NCBI GenBank assembly: GCA_965207065.1
Contig: OZ242260.1
Span: 2,624,001-2,688,000, forward strand
Source: a bacterium
Lineage (GTDB): Bacteria > UBA8248
Direction: 5' to 3'
DNA length: 64,000 nucleotides
The notes beneath the pieces are model-generated. The model made no database searches. It saw only the letters and a list, made by a program, of their open reading frames with translations, and had not been told where the DNA came from. Positions 19,540-29,115 of this stretch are shown in pieces. The stretch's first letter is position 1. Each line of letters starts with the position of its first letter. The position numbers were made by a program, and so were the translations under genes.

Positions 19540-19851
19540 CTAGCGCAGCGTGTTGTCTGCTCTTCGCGGCGGGTCGTTCGCCGGGCGCGGCTCGACCGGC
19601 TCGTTGTTCTTGAATTCATCGGTGAGTTCCGCGTTGATTTCCGCCCATACGGGATCGTCGTCTTCGCTCTCCAGGATGGCGTCAATCGGGCATTCCGGCT
19701 GACAAACGCCGCAGTCGATACATTCCTCGGGGTCGATGATCAGGAAGGGTTCCCCCTTGTACTCGCCTGGGTGCATGCAGTCCACGGGACACACGCTCAC
19801 GCACGTCGCATAGCGCTCGCCCAGGCATTTTTCCCCGATGACAAATGTCAT
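19540..19851 (-). CDS. dicluster ferredoxin (7Fe FdxA-like)
   Basis: C-x7-C-x3-CP and CIDCGVC-x3-CP motifs; GGAGG upstream. Confidence 0.9.
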   Translation of the reverse strand: MTFVIGEKCLGERYATCVSVCPVDCMHPGEYKGEPFLIIDPEECIDCGVCQPECPIDAILESEDDDPVWAEINAELTDEFKNNEPVEPRPANDPPRRADNTLR

Positions 19852-20048
19852 GGATGATTCCCTCCTACAAAGATTTAAGATTTTTCCGGTTGGAATCCCG
19901 AGGGAACGACCCTTGGCGATTCGCGGTTATTAGATTCAAATTCACCTGGATACCCCAAGCGCAGTGCGATGCTAGCAGATGCCGCTCCCGAAAATCAAGG
20001 GTAGAGAAGCACAAAATCCGGATTCTTTTACCTGTTGGCGGGATTTAT

Positions 20049-20954
20049 TCAAGTTCCCGGTTTCGGCGAAGAGTCAAAGATATTTTCGAGTGCGTGGAGC
20101 ATGGCTTCGACCGATTCGGGGGGCACGCCACCGAGTTCTTCGTGAAAATCGAACCCCTGGAGCCATCGGAACTTCTCGAGCGAGGCGGCGCTGATGCGCG
20201 AGTCCACGCCCAGTGTTTCGAGGGTAGAGACGACGTCCTCCATCTCCTGCGCGCGCCTCTCTGCTACGATGAGGCTCGTGCCCGCGAGGCTCAGCGCCAG
20301 GTCTCTGAGAGGAAGGCCCTCCACGGTGCCCGCGATGGACTCGAGCATTTCCTCCACCAGCCCGCAGCGCCTCGCCGCCTCGATGGCTTCCAGAAAAGTC
20401 ATCATTAGCCCCTTGGTGAACACGCTGCGCACGACCTTGAGGGCCGAGGCGTCTCCCACGCGCTCGCTGAGCACCTGAAGCTGCATCCCGTAGCGCGCCA
20501 TGGACTCGCTCAGGCGCCTGGCCTCGGGCCCCGAGATGAGAGTGACGACCTCGTGACCGTATACTTCCGCCGGGTCGCATATCGCCCCGTCAACAGGTTG
20601 GCCTCCACCCGCCTCGATGACGCGGCCAATCTCCTTCTTGGTATCGGGCGTCGTGGTGTTCAAATCCAGATACACGGCATCCCGGACGAAAGAAGAGGCG
20701 CTGCGCGCCGTATCCAGCGCGCTTTCCGGCGTGACGAGCGAGAGAACGAAGTCCGAGCCGTCGAGCGCTTCTTCCATGGACTGCGTCATCAATATTGCCG
20801 GATGAGCGGAGGCGTCAAGGTGTTCCGGTCGCCAGGGTGCTCTTTTCCAGACGTGAACTTTCGCCGCGCCGGCCCCCGCCAGCCCCCGGGCGATGGGCCT
20901 GCCCGCCATGCCGAATCCCAGAACGCAGACGGTGGGAGGATTTTCCAGGTTCAA
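20049..20954 (-). CDS. NAD(P)-dependent oxidoreductase, 6-phosphogluconate/3-hydroxyisobutyrate dehydrogenase-like (DUF1932 type)
   Basis: LGFGMAG Rossmann motif, YLDLNT, GDASALKVVRSVFTKG and ERRAQEM. Confidence 0.8.
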   Translation of the reverse strand: MNLENPPTVCVLGFGMAGRPIARGLAGAGAAKVHVWKRAPWRPEHLDASAHPAILMTQSMEEALDGSDFVLSLVTPESALDTARSASSFVRDAVYLDLNTTTPDTKKEIGRVIEAGGGQPVDGAICDPAEVYGHEVVTLISGPEARRLSESMARYGMQLQVLSERVGDASALKVVRSVFTKGLMMTFLEAIEAARRCGLVEEMLESIAGTVEGLPLRDLALSLAGTSLIVAERRAQEMEDVVSTLETLGVDSRISAASLEKFRWLQGFDFHEELGGVPPESVEAMLHALENIFDSSPKPGT

Positions 20955-21316
20955 AAGGCTTCTCCGTACGACTTCATGTGGGTGTATGATTCCCGATCAT
21001 ATTCCACGCAAATGAGAGATTATGAAATGATTATAAATTATGGTGGCGTACGGCTCTAGCGCGTCCGGTATTATTCGGTTGGCTTTTTAGCATGATAACA
21101 CGAGAAACGGATTTGGGGTGTGGCGTACGGTCGGGGGGGTTGGTGTTGAAGCCGAGTGGGGTGTCCCACCTACCCTCTAAAAGGGGACTTTTTCATCGGG
21201 CATTCCCCTTGGGATGCCCGACCCCTCAAGGGGGGAATGGTTTTAAAATACTCCTTGATGGAGAGATATATCCGTAGAGGTTTTATTCCGGTTTTTTCAC
21301 CTACCCCGTACAGGTT

Positions 21317-21781
21317 CTAGTTCGTCACCTTCAGCCTGTAGTCGGGCGTCGGGTTCAGCGGGCATGAAAAATGATAGTCGCCCTCTTTGAGCGTGATGTG
21401 GTAGTCCCTCGATTTCCCCTTGACGAGGCCGCCTCCCGAGACCTTCGGCAGCGTGGGGCGTCCGACCCCTGCGCCTCTGAGATAAAACCCGAGCTGATAC
21501 GGCACGTTCTTGTTCTTCACCCGGAAAATGTAGGCGCCTGGTTTCAGCGTGATGGTCCTGGCATTGGCGAGGCGCTTTTCCCCGCTTTGGGAGTTGATTT
21601 TCTTGCAATCGGCCGCCCCCATGGTCTTGTAGCCATGATCCTTGCCCTCGGGTTCGGTGAACTGGCAGCCCGTCTGGGTGAGGGTGATGACGGTCGGCTC
21701 GGCGGCGTTCACGGAAGACGGTGCGAGGGGAAGCAAAGATGCCGCAAGGAGGGTCAGGAGCATTCTGTGGACGTTTTCCAT
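21317..21781 (-). CDS. exported cupredoxin-fold-like protein
   Basis: signal-like N-terminus; LKPGAYIFRV and LKEGDYHFSCPLNPTP resemble cupredoxin beta-strands. Confidence 0.6.
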   Translation of the reverse strand: MENVHRMLLTLLAASLLPLAPSSVNAAEPTVITLTQTGCQFTEPEGKDHGYKTMGAADCKKINSQSGEKRLANARTITLKPGAYIFRVKNKNVPYQLGFYLRGAGVGRPTLPKVSGGGLVKGKSRDYHITLKEGDYHFSCPLNPTPDYRLKVTN

Positions 21782-21963
21782 GGCCTTGTTCCTTTTTCGG
21801 GTGTGTTTTCGACTCTTCCCGGATTTGGATGATTATGGATTCATGAGCCGGCGGCTGATATAGATGATCGGTGTGACCCCTTACTCAAACCCGCTCCGAG
21901 GATCATACCAAAATGATGCGGTGAATTCCTCAAAAAACTCTGAACAAATCGTGAACGAAGTGA

Positions 21964-23028
21964 TCAGGCGGTGAGGCTGAACCAGACGTGGATTACGCCG
22001 TCGTCATACGATGCGCCCACTTCGCCTCCATGCGCCTCGACGAGAGCCTTCACTATCGCCAGCCCGATGCCCGCCCCCCCGCTTTCACGCGAACGCGAAT
22101 TTTCCGCACGGTAGAACCGCTCGAAGATGAGGCCCACGTCTTCCTTTTGGAAGTCTTTGCAGGTATTTGAAAAAATGAGCTTCACCCCGTCCTTGTGCTT
22201 CTCCGTTCGTACACGGAATTCCCCATGCCCGGGTGTGTACCGGCACGCGTTCTGAACGATGTTTCCCAGAACCTGGATGATTTTGTCGCGGTCCGCCTGC
22301 ACGGCGGGTACGTCACCGCCGATATCCAATTTCACCCTGATACTCTTGGCTTCGAAATCGTGCCGGTAGAGTTCGATGACGCGCTCGACCAGAGTGGGCA
22401 ACGCAATTTCTTCCCGCCGGAGATATATCTTCGCGGCCTCGGCCCGGGTGAGTTGTTGAAGGTCCTGGGCCAGGCGCACGAGGCGCAAAATTTCCTCCTT
22501 CAACATGGAGAACATTTCCTTGGAGGGCGGGATGACGCCATCGGACAGTCCTTCGAGATAGCCGCGCACCGTGGTGAGCGGGGTCCTCAGCTCATGGGCG
22601 ATATCCACGAGCATGGTTTTTCTTAAGTTTTCGATCTTCTCCAGATTGTCGGCCATCTGGTTGAACATCAGACCGAACTGGCCGACCTCGTCTTTTGAAG
22701 AGACCTCCGCGCGCGCGGTGAAGTCGCCCAGCGATACTTTTCTGGATACTTCCGACATTGCGTAGAGCGGGCGCAGCACCCTCCGGGTAAGGATGAAACT
22801 CAAGGTGACGGCCATGATCATGGCGAGCAGGCTCGCGTTGATGATGTAGCGATGCACGGCGTCCAGGAACATCTGGTGTATTTCATTGGGCGAGATGTTG
22901 TAATTGCGCATCAGGGCGGCGAAATAATCGGCGGCGAGGAAATCGATTGACAGCCAGACAACCAGAATGACCAGAACGATGACCGGCAGGTTGACGGCGA
23001 GCAGTTTCCAAAGCAACCGGCTTTTCAT
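21964..23028 (-). CDS. HAMP-domain sensor histidine kinase (BaeS-like)
   Basis: two TM segments, DEVGQFGLMFNQMA HAMP, AHELRTPL H-box, IFERFYR and GAGIGLAI. Confidence 0.92.
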   Translation of the reverse strand: MKSRLLWKLLAVNLPVIVLVILVVWLSIDFLAADYFAALMRNYNISPNEIHQMFLDAVHRYIINASLLAMIMAVTLSFILTRRVLRPLYAMSEVSRKVSLGDFTARAEVSSKDEVGQFGLMFNQMADNLEKIENLRKTMLVDIAHELRTPLTTVRGYLEGLSDGVIPPSKEMFSMLKEEILRLVRLAQDLQQLTRAEAAKIYLRREEIALPTLVERVIELYRHDFEAKSIRVKLDIGGDVPAVQADRDKIIQVLGNIVQNACRYTPGHGEFRVRTEKHKDGVKLIFSNTCKDFQKEDVGLIFERFYRAENSRSRESGGAGIGLAIVKALVEAHGGEVGASYDDGVIHVWFSLTA

Positions 23029-23029
23029 G

Positions 23030-23740
23030 CTAGCTACCTCCTTGTTCTTCACTGTCAGCAAATCGATACCCCACGCCGCGCACTGTAAGGATAAGATGGG
23101 GGTTGGCGGGGTTACACTCGATTTTTTGACGGAGCTTTCCGATGTGGACGTCCACCACCCGGGCGACGACGGCGTCCGATGTTTGGTAGAGCCTGGTGAG
23201 CAGTTCGTGGCGGGAAAAAACGCGACCGGGCGCGCTCATGAGCGTCAGGAGCAGTACATATTCCGAGGGAGTGAGCGGTATGGGTTCGCCGTTTCGGGTG
23301 AGTTTGTGTTTTTCGGGCTCCATGAGAAGGTTGCCGAAAAAAAGTTTGGTTTTTCTGAGCATGGACGCGTTTTTCGTACGCCTGAGGATGGCCTTGATGC
23401 GCTCGACGAGTTCTCTCGGGCTGAAGGGTTTGACTACGTAATCATCCGCGCCGAGCGAGAAGCCGAAAAGCCTGTCGACCTCTCCTTCCTTGGCGGTGAG
23501 CATCAGAATGGGTACGTCGGATTCCTCCCGGAGCTGCCGGCAGACCTCCCACCCGCTCGTTTTCGGGAGCATCAGATCGAGCACGACGAAAACGGGCGCC
23601 CACTCGCGCGCCAGTTGCAGGGCCCGCTCCCCGTCATGAGCAATGATGGTGTGGAAACCTTCCCGGCGTATAGACTTGTCGATGAGCGATGCGATGTTCT
23701 TCTCATCCTCGACGATGAGAATGGAATCTTTTTGAATCAC
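23030..23740 (-). CDS. OmpR-family response regulator
   Basis: ILIVEDE, LDLMLP, MLTAK, GADDYVVKPFSPREL and TVRGVGY; GTG start. Confidence 0.92.
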   Translation of the reverse strand: MIQKDSILIVEDEKNIASLIDKSIRREGFHTIIAHDGERALQLAREWAPVFVVLDLMLPKTSGWEVCRQLREESDVPILMLTAKEGEVDRLFGFSLGADDYVVKPFSPRELVERIKAILRRTKNASMLRKTKLFFGNLLMEPEKHKLTRNGEPIPLTPSEYVLLLTLMSAPGRVFSRHELLTRLYQTSDAVVARVVDVHIGKLRQKIECNPANPHLILTVRGVGYRFADSEEQGGS

Positions 23741-23918
23741 GCTATTGCTTCTCCCGCCTGAAAACCTGTTGATATGGTATCAACGAAGGCGGCGATGTAA
23801 CGTTAAGATTTTGTAAGGAATTTATTGAGGGAGTCAAGAAAAAAATCGAGACGAGGCGAGCAGAGGCGTAGCAACCCCCTTATACGTCATCCATCGGGGT
23901 GTGCTGCGCGAATGCTGT

Positions 23919-24809
23919 TTATTCTTCGAGGCCCATGAGCCGGGCGGGATTACGCTGCACCATCCAGCGAATCTCCTCGTCCTCGAACCCCAGGCGCAGC
24001 ATCGTGGCGATGAACATGCGAAGCATCTCCGTCGGCGGGGGATTGAGGTCGAGTTGCGCGTCGGTGCTCATCACGCATCGCTCGGGGCCGAGCGCGCGCG
24101 CGGTTTCGGCGACTTTCACCGGATCCAGGTCGCGCCACATGGGAAAAGCCGATATCCACGTGAATTCGACGATATAGCCCAAATCCGCCACCTCGCGCAG
24201 TTGGGCCTCGCTCGCGTTGACGATGAAGATGATCGGATGGGTGAAGATGAATTTTTTCACCCCGATCTCCTTCGCGCGCCTCGCCAGGGCGACGCCCTCC
24301 TTCGCGGAGAGATGTCCCGTGGCCACGGCCACGTCCCCGTCGCGGGCGATTTCGAGTATGGCGTCCGCCTCGGGGCATACCGCGCCGTTTCCGTCGAGAA
24401 TCGTCAGGCCCTGCGCAGGCGGGGGCTGGCTATAGGCCTCCGCGATGCGTTTGCTGTAGGCGCCCACCGCGATATCGTTCGCCGCGGAGTAGGTGGGCAT
24501 CCAGATGACCTTCACGCCCAGGCGCACCGCGCTTTCCGCCGCGAAGGGCGAAAGCCCGCCCACGTTGGCGTTCAGGGTGATGGCGCCGAAGGCCGTGACG
24601 CCCGGATAGACCTCGTTCAGAATCCGGGCCTGGGCGATGGTGGGCCACAGGTGGCTCTTCATCACGAAGCCGCGCATGCCGACGTCGCGCGCGAGTTCGG
24701 CCCATTCATGGTCCAGCACGCGCCCGGGTTCCTCTACGAATACCTGGGGGAAGATGTGGGCGTGAACGTCGATAGCGCCTTCGAGGAGATCGTCCGCCTT
24801 GGTGCGCAT
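23919..24809 (-). CDS. amidohydrolase-fold metalloprotein (DUF6282-like)
   Basis: GAIDVHAH, MKSH, WMPT, ATGHLS, THP and STD motifs. Confidence 0.75.
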   Translation of the reverse strand: MRTKADDLLEGAIDVHAHIFPQVFVEEPGRVLDHEWAELARDVGMRGFVMKSHLWPTIAQARILNEVYPGVTAFGAITLNANVGGLSPFAAESAVRLGVKVIWMPTYSAANDIAVGAYSKRIAEAYSQPPPAQGLTILDGNGAVCPEADAILEIARDGDVAVATGHLSAKEGVALARRAKEIGVKKFIFTHPIIFIVNASEAQLREVADLGYIVEFTWISAFPMWRDLDPVKVAETARALGPERCVMSTDAQLDLNPPPTEMLRMFIATMLRLGFEDEEIRWMVQRNPARLMGLEE

Positions 24810-24979
24810 GAGGAAAAACCCTCCGGATGCAAGAAAAAAATCGCCTGAGATCAGGAAAATCAATCATGCGCCATGAGGGGGCGGCGGGCAAGCCGGTTCC
24901 CGCCGCATCATTCAGGTGATATTCTTTCCAAAATGTTCTCACGGTGAAAAAGACGGTCTACCCTGGAGGAAGGTTTCCC

Positions 24980-26110
24980 ATGCCCCCCACCCAGAGCATC
25001 GGAACGCCGGTGCGTGAAATCGAAACGCCCGCCCTGATAGTCGACCTCGACGTCATGGAGGAGAACCTCGCCCTGATGGCGAAGCGCCTGGAAGGCACGG
25101 GCGTGAGGCTCCGCGCCCACGCCAAGACGCACAAGAGTCCCTGGCTCGCAAGAAAGCAGATGGCGCTTGGCGCGGTGGGGGTGTGCTGCCAGAAGGTGAG
25201 CGAGGCCGAGGTGATGGTGGAAGGCGGGGTGGAGAACGTGCTCGTGAGCAGCGAGGTCACGGCCGTTTCCAAGCTCAAGCGTCTGGCCGCGCTCGCACGC
25301 CATACGAAGCTGATGGTGGTGGTGGATCACCCTCAGGGGGTGGCGATGCTCGCAGAAGCCGTTACTGCGGCGGGGGCGGAAATCGGCGTGCTCGTCGACG
25401 TGGACGTGGGCCAGGGGCGCTGCGGCGTGGCGCCGGGCTCCCCGGCGGTGGAACTGGCCCGGCGCGTGGACGCGGCGAAGGGACTCGAATTCAAGGGGAT
25501 TCAGGCATACCAGGGCGGAGCCCAGCACGTAGATGGATTCACCGAGCGGCGCGCGATTTACGCAGACGCCATAGCGCGGATGCGCGAGACCGTGGAGGCG
25601 TTCGGGGCCGCGGGGCTTCCACTGGAGATACGTAGCGGCGGCGGCACGGGTTCATGGCGCTGGGACGCGGAATCGGGCGTGCTGAACGAGCTTCAGGCGG
25701 GCAGCTATCTCTTCATGGATTCACACTACGGCAGCATCGGCGGCGAGAATTCGGACACTTATGACGACTTCAGGCCCAGCCTGTTCGTGCTGACGACCGT
25801 GGTGAGCGCCCCCGGCCCCGGACACGTGGTGATGGACGCCGGCCACAAGGCGCTTTCTTCCGACAGCGGGCTGGCGCCCTGCCTGGAACTCGAGGGCGCC
25901 GTGCACGCGCGGGCGTCCGATGAGCACGGCGTGCTGGAACTCTCCCCGGCCTCGAGGCGTCCCGAAATCGGCGAGACGCTCCTGTTCCAGCCCAGCCACT
26001 GCGACCCGACCATCAACCTCTACGACGTCTACCACGGCGTCCGCGGCGGTATGGAAGAGGGCGTCCTCGAAGCCGTGATCCCCGTGGCCGCGCGCGGCTG
26101 CGTCTGGTAG
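24980..26110 (+). CDS. DSD1-family PLP-dependent enzyme (D-threonine aldolase / D-serine dehydratase-like)
   Basis: ETPALIVDLD, LRAHAKTHK PLP lysine, GGGTG, ELQAGSYLFMD, SDEHG and HCDPTINLYD. Confidence 0.88.
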   Translation: MPPTQSIGTPVREIETPALIVDLDVMEENLALMAKRLEGTGVRLRAHAKTHKSPWLARKQMALGAVGVCCQKVSEAEVMVEGGVENVLVSSEVTAVSKLKRLAALARHTKLMVVVDHPQGVAMLAEAVTAAGAEIGVLVDVDVGQGRCGVAPGSPAVELARRVDAAKGLEFKGIQAYQGGAQHVDGFTERRAIYADAIARMRETVEAFGAAGLPLEIRSGGGTGSWRWDAESGVLNELQAGSYLFMDSHYGSIGGENSDTYDDFRPSLFVLTTVVSAPGPGHVVMDAGHKALSSDSGLAPCLELEGAVHARASDEHGVLELSPASRRPEIGETLLFQPSHCDPTINLYDVYHGVRGGMEEGVLEAVIPVAARGCVW

Positions 26111-26127
26111 TTCAGCCCCGACCGATG

Positions 26128-26300
26128 GGATCTGTTGAAAAAATCCTCCTCGGTCGAAATTGACCACCGCCGGAATGACGATGCCTTTGCTCGGTTGATA
26201 AACAAGAATGTAGCGGACAGGCCCCTGTGCCTGTCCGAGGTCGCGACCTGTCCCTACGGAGCCCAGCTTCCCTTGTCAGGGGGGCTTTTTCAACAACCCC
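26128..26300. mobile_element. MITE-like element of the same TIR family with degenerate palindrome cargo
   Basis: CTGTTGAAAAAA near 26132 and GGGCTTTTTCAACAACCCC ending at 26300; internal CGGAATGACG, GGACAGGC..GCCTGTCC, CCTGTCCCTAC and CCCTTGTCAGGGGGG motifs. Confidence 0.6.
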
Positions 26301-26336
26301 GGGAAGATTGGATGCGGTCCCTACAAGACCGTACCC

Positions 26337-26861
26337 CTATGCCGGTTTTCCGAACGTGGCGACCCTGTCCACGCGGCACTCGAAGAGCACGCGCTTCTCG
26401 TCAATCACTGGGTCCCTGAGCGCGTAGGGCGGATCCGCGCCCGTGTATTTCGTCCAGATGCGGTCGAGCTGTTCGGTCGCCCGCTCGCCGCCCGGCGCGT
26501 CCTCTCGTATCTCGTTCACCACCGTGCACTTGATGCTCATCCAGTGGTAGGGGTTTTCGGGGTTCACGAGCAGGATCGTCAACTGTGGGTTGTTTCGTAT
26601 CCATCCGCATTTTGCGCGATGTGCGGCGGTGTTCACCAGAATCGTGTCGCCCTCGTAGTCGAACCACATGGGCGTCATGTTCACGCGCCCGTCGGGGCCG
26701 ATGAGGCCCAGCGTGACCGTAATCGGCTTATCGAGCAAATCTCTGTAAATCGGGTCCAGATCCGCCAGACCGCTTGCCTTCTTCCTCTCGCCGACTGCGA
26801 ACTGGCCCTCTTGCAGACCCCCGGATACGTCCCTGAAATTGGCTACGGTGAATTCCGCCAT
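26337..26861 (-). CDS. PPOX-class (pyridoxamine 5'-phosphate oxidase-like) protein
   Basis: PDGRVNMTPMWFD, ILVNT, RNNPQLTILLVNPENPY and KYTG. Confidence 0.8.
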   Translation of the reverse strand: MAEFTVANFRDVSGGLQEGQFAVGERKKASGLADLDPIYRDLLDKPITVTLGLIGPDGRVNMTPMWFDYEGDTILVNTAAHRAKCGWIRNNPQLTILLVNPENPYHWMSIKCTVVNEIREDAPGGERATEQLDRIWTKYTGADPPYALRDPVIDEKRVLFECRVDRVATFGKPA

Positions 26862-27061
26862 CGCTCACGTCCTCCTGAAAAGAATGGTTGGGTTTTTCAA
26901 AAAATTAGCAGAGGGGAGGCGACCCGGCAAGGGGAGGGACTCGTCTAACGACTTTCTCGGATCTCGCGCAATCTCCGTCCCCGTCGCCATGTCTTTGCAT
27001 ATAATGGAGGTTTTATGTAGGGTAGAAGGTAAGAATTCCTTTCTACCTTCGGGAGGCGGCG

Positions 27062-27319
27062 ATGGGTCTTAACATCAAGAATGACGAAACCTGCCGGCTC
27101 GCCGGGGAGTTGGCCCGACTGACCGGCGAGACAAAGACCGGCGCAATTACGGTCGCCCTGCGAGAACGTCTCGAACGCGAGAAACGTCTGCGCGGCGCAG
27201 ACGTTCGCGCTCAAAAACTGCGCGCCATCGCGGAACGCTGTGCGAAGCTTCTGGGTCCGGGGCCGTCCGCCGTGGAGCACGGAGATATGCTCTACGATGA
27301 ACGGGGATTGCCGAAATGA
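27062..27319 (+). CDS. vapB: type II TA antitoxin VapB (ribbon-helix-helix)
   Basis: LNIKNDETCRLAGELARLTGETKTGAI and LYDERGLP; ATGA overlap with a PIN toxin gene. Confidence 0.88.
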   Translation: MGLNIKNDETCRLAGELARLTGETKTGAITVALRERLEREKRLRGADVRAQKLRAIAERCAKLLGPGPSAVEHGDMLYDERGLPK

Positions 27320-27702
27320 TCGTCGACAGTTCGGCTCTGCTTGCCATTCTCTACCGTGAGCAGGACGCGGAACGCTACGAGAGGGCGATCGCCTCGGCCG
27401 CGCACCCCCGGATGTCGGTCGCCAACCTACTGGAAACTTCCATCGTCCTGGAAGGTCGCGGCGGTGAGTCGGCGGGCCATGAACTCGATTTGTTCCTGAG
27501 GGATGCCGAAATCGAATTGGCGCCCGTCACTGTCGAGCATCTGGAAGCGGCCCGGCGCGCCTGGCGGCGCTTCGGGAAGGGGAATCATCCGGCTTCGCTG
27601 AATTTCGGCGATTGCTTCGCCTATGCGCTCGCCGACCTCATGGACGAGCCGCTGCTGTTCAAGGGCGAGGACTTCGCCCAAACCGACATCGAGGCGGCTT
27701 GA
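27316..27702 (+). CDS. vapC: type II TA toxin VapC (PIN domain)
   Basis: MIVDSSALLAIL, GKGNHPASLNFGDCFAYA and LLFKGEDF. Confidence 0.92.
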   Translation: MIVDSSALLAILYREQDAERYERAIASAAHPRMSVANLLETSIVLEGRGGESAGHELDLFLRDAEIELAPVTVEHLEAARRAWRRFGKGNHPASLNFGDCFAYALADLMDEPLLFKGEDFAQTDIEAA

Positions 27703-27936
27703 GCGCAAAAAATCTGGAATGCGCCAAGGAGCAGATGATGAAGAGCGCGCTCATCACGATTTTTTCGGGATTGGCATCGTCCATCAGAGGCGTGGCGTGG
27801 ACGGCCCGGCAAGGAGAGGGAGCGACTCGACGTGCGTCAAGCAGCGGGGCAAATCGAAATCCCCGTTTGTTTAATGCCCATATCAGGTATTATCATTCCC
27901 ATTATGAGAAATTTAACGACAACACATCTCTCACGC

Positions 27937-28566
27937 ATGACTCGGCGTAAAGTATCCGGGTCCGACGCCGCATCTACCGGTCTTGCGGATGCCCTGTTCA
28001 CCACCACGCAGCAACGGCTCCTGGTGCTGCTGTTCGGCCAGCCCGGGCGGAGCTTTTTCGCGAGCGAGTTGATCCGCTTGACGGGGTCCGGTTCCGGCGC
28101 CGTGCAGCGTGAACTGAAGCGCTTCGCATCCAGCGGTCTGGTGAGCGTTACTTCCATCGGCAGGCAGAAGCATTACCAGGCCAATCCGGAATGTCCGGTG
28201 TTCGAGGAGATGAGCGGCATCGTACGCAAGACGCTCGCCCTGGCTCAACCTATCCGGCGGGCGCTGGAGCCGCTCGCCGGTCGCGTCGAACTCGCCCTGG
28301 TGTACGGGTCGGTCGTAGAGGGGAGCGATACGGCGGACAGCGACATCGACCTGCTCGTCGTCGCTGACGGCGTGATGCTGGAAGAGCTCTACGAGGCGCT
28401 CTCGCCGGTAGAGACCGGCCTTGCCCGGCGGATCAGCCCCACGCTTTATACGTCCCTTGAATACGATGAACGCAGAGCCGCCGGAAACCCTTTCGTGACG
28501 AACGTGCTGGCCGGTGAGCACATCATCCTCATCGGAGAGGAAGATGACGCACCCGCAACTCGATAA
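27937..28566 (+). CDS. HTH + minimal nucleotidyltransferase (MNT) antitoxin-like protein
   Basis: N-terminal wHTH (GSGAVQREL..SGLV), C-terminal YGS..G...DSDIDL nucleotidyltransferase motif; start uncertain (27904 possible). Confidence 0.8.
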   Translation: MTRRKVSGSDAASTGLADALFTTTQQRLLVLLFGQPGRSFFASELIRLTGSGSGAVQRELKRFASSGLVSVTSIGRQKHYQANPECPVFEEMSGIVRKTLALAQPIRRALEPLAGRVELALVYGSVVEGSDTADSDIDLLVVADGVMLEELYEALSPVETGLARRISPTLYTSLEYDERRAAGNPFVTNVLAGEHIILIGEEDDAPATR

Positions 28567-28963
28567 TCTGGTGCGCATCAGCAGGCTCAAGAGCGAGCCG
28601 GCTGCCGATGAGGAAATCGAGGGCCTGGTCCGCTCGGGGGTTCGCCGCCTGAGCGATGCCGAGCGCGAAGATCTGAGCCTGGAGAGCCGATTCGATCTGG
28701 CCTATAACGCCGCCCATTCGCTGGCGATTGCCGCATTGCGCATTCGGGGCTACCGTTCCGATTCGCGCTATCTGGTTTTTCAATGCCTCCAGCACACCGT
28801 CGATTTGCCGCAGGCTCAGTGGCGCGTGCTGGACAACGTCCACCGCAAGCGCAACCTCGCCGAGTATGAGTGCGCCTTGGACGTGGGTGAGGAACTCATC
28901 GCCGCATTGTTGCGGGTGGCGCGGGAAGTGGAGAAGCGCGTGCGCGACGGGATGATGTCTTGA
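28544..28963 (+). CDS. HEPN-like partner protein
   Basis: SRFDLAYNAAH, GYR and RKRNLAEY; overlaps the end of the MNT gene. Confidence 0.7.
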   Translation: MTHPQLDNLVRISRLKSEPAADEEIEGLVRSGVRRLSDAEREDLSLESRFDLAYNAAHSLAIAALRIRGYRSDSRYLVFQCLQHTVDLPQAQWRVLDNVHRKRNLAEYECALDVGEELIAALLRVAREVEKRVRDGMMS

Positions 28964-29115
28964 ACTGGAACCGTTTCTGGATGGCTTTGGAAAATCCTGC
29001 CCCTTCTTCTCTTTCGGCTTATGATGAAGTTTAGAGGAACCGAAGGCGGAGCAAGCGCCCGTGGTGTGTTAGGATTTATCTGGTCGAACTTCATCGTATG
29101 TGGAGGGACGGGTTC

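Noticed and set aside
21040-21300. Possible ncRNA or riboswitch in the intergenic region
   Set aside because: Only a short hairpin (TCGGGCAT..ATGCCCGA) and a degenerate CCCCTCAAGGGGGG repeat fragment are visible; no recognisable RNA family.
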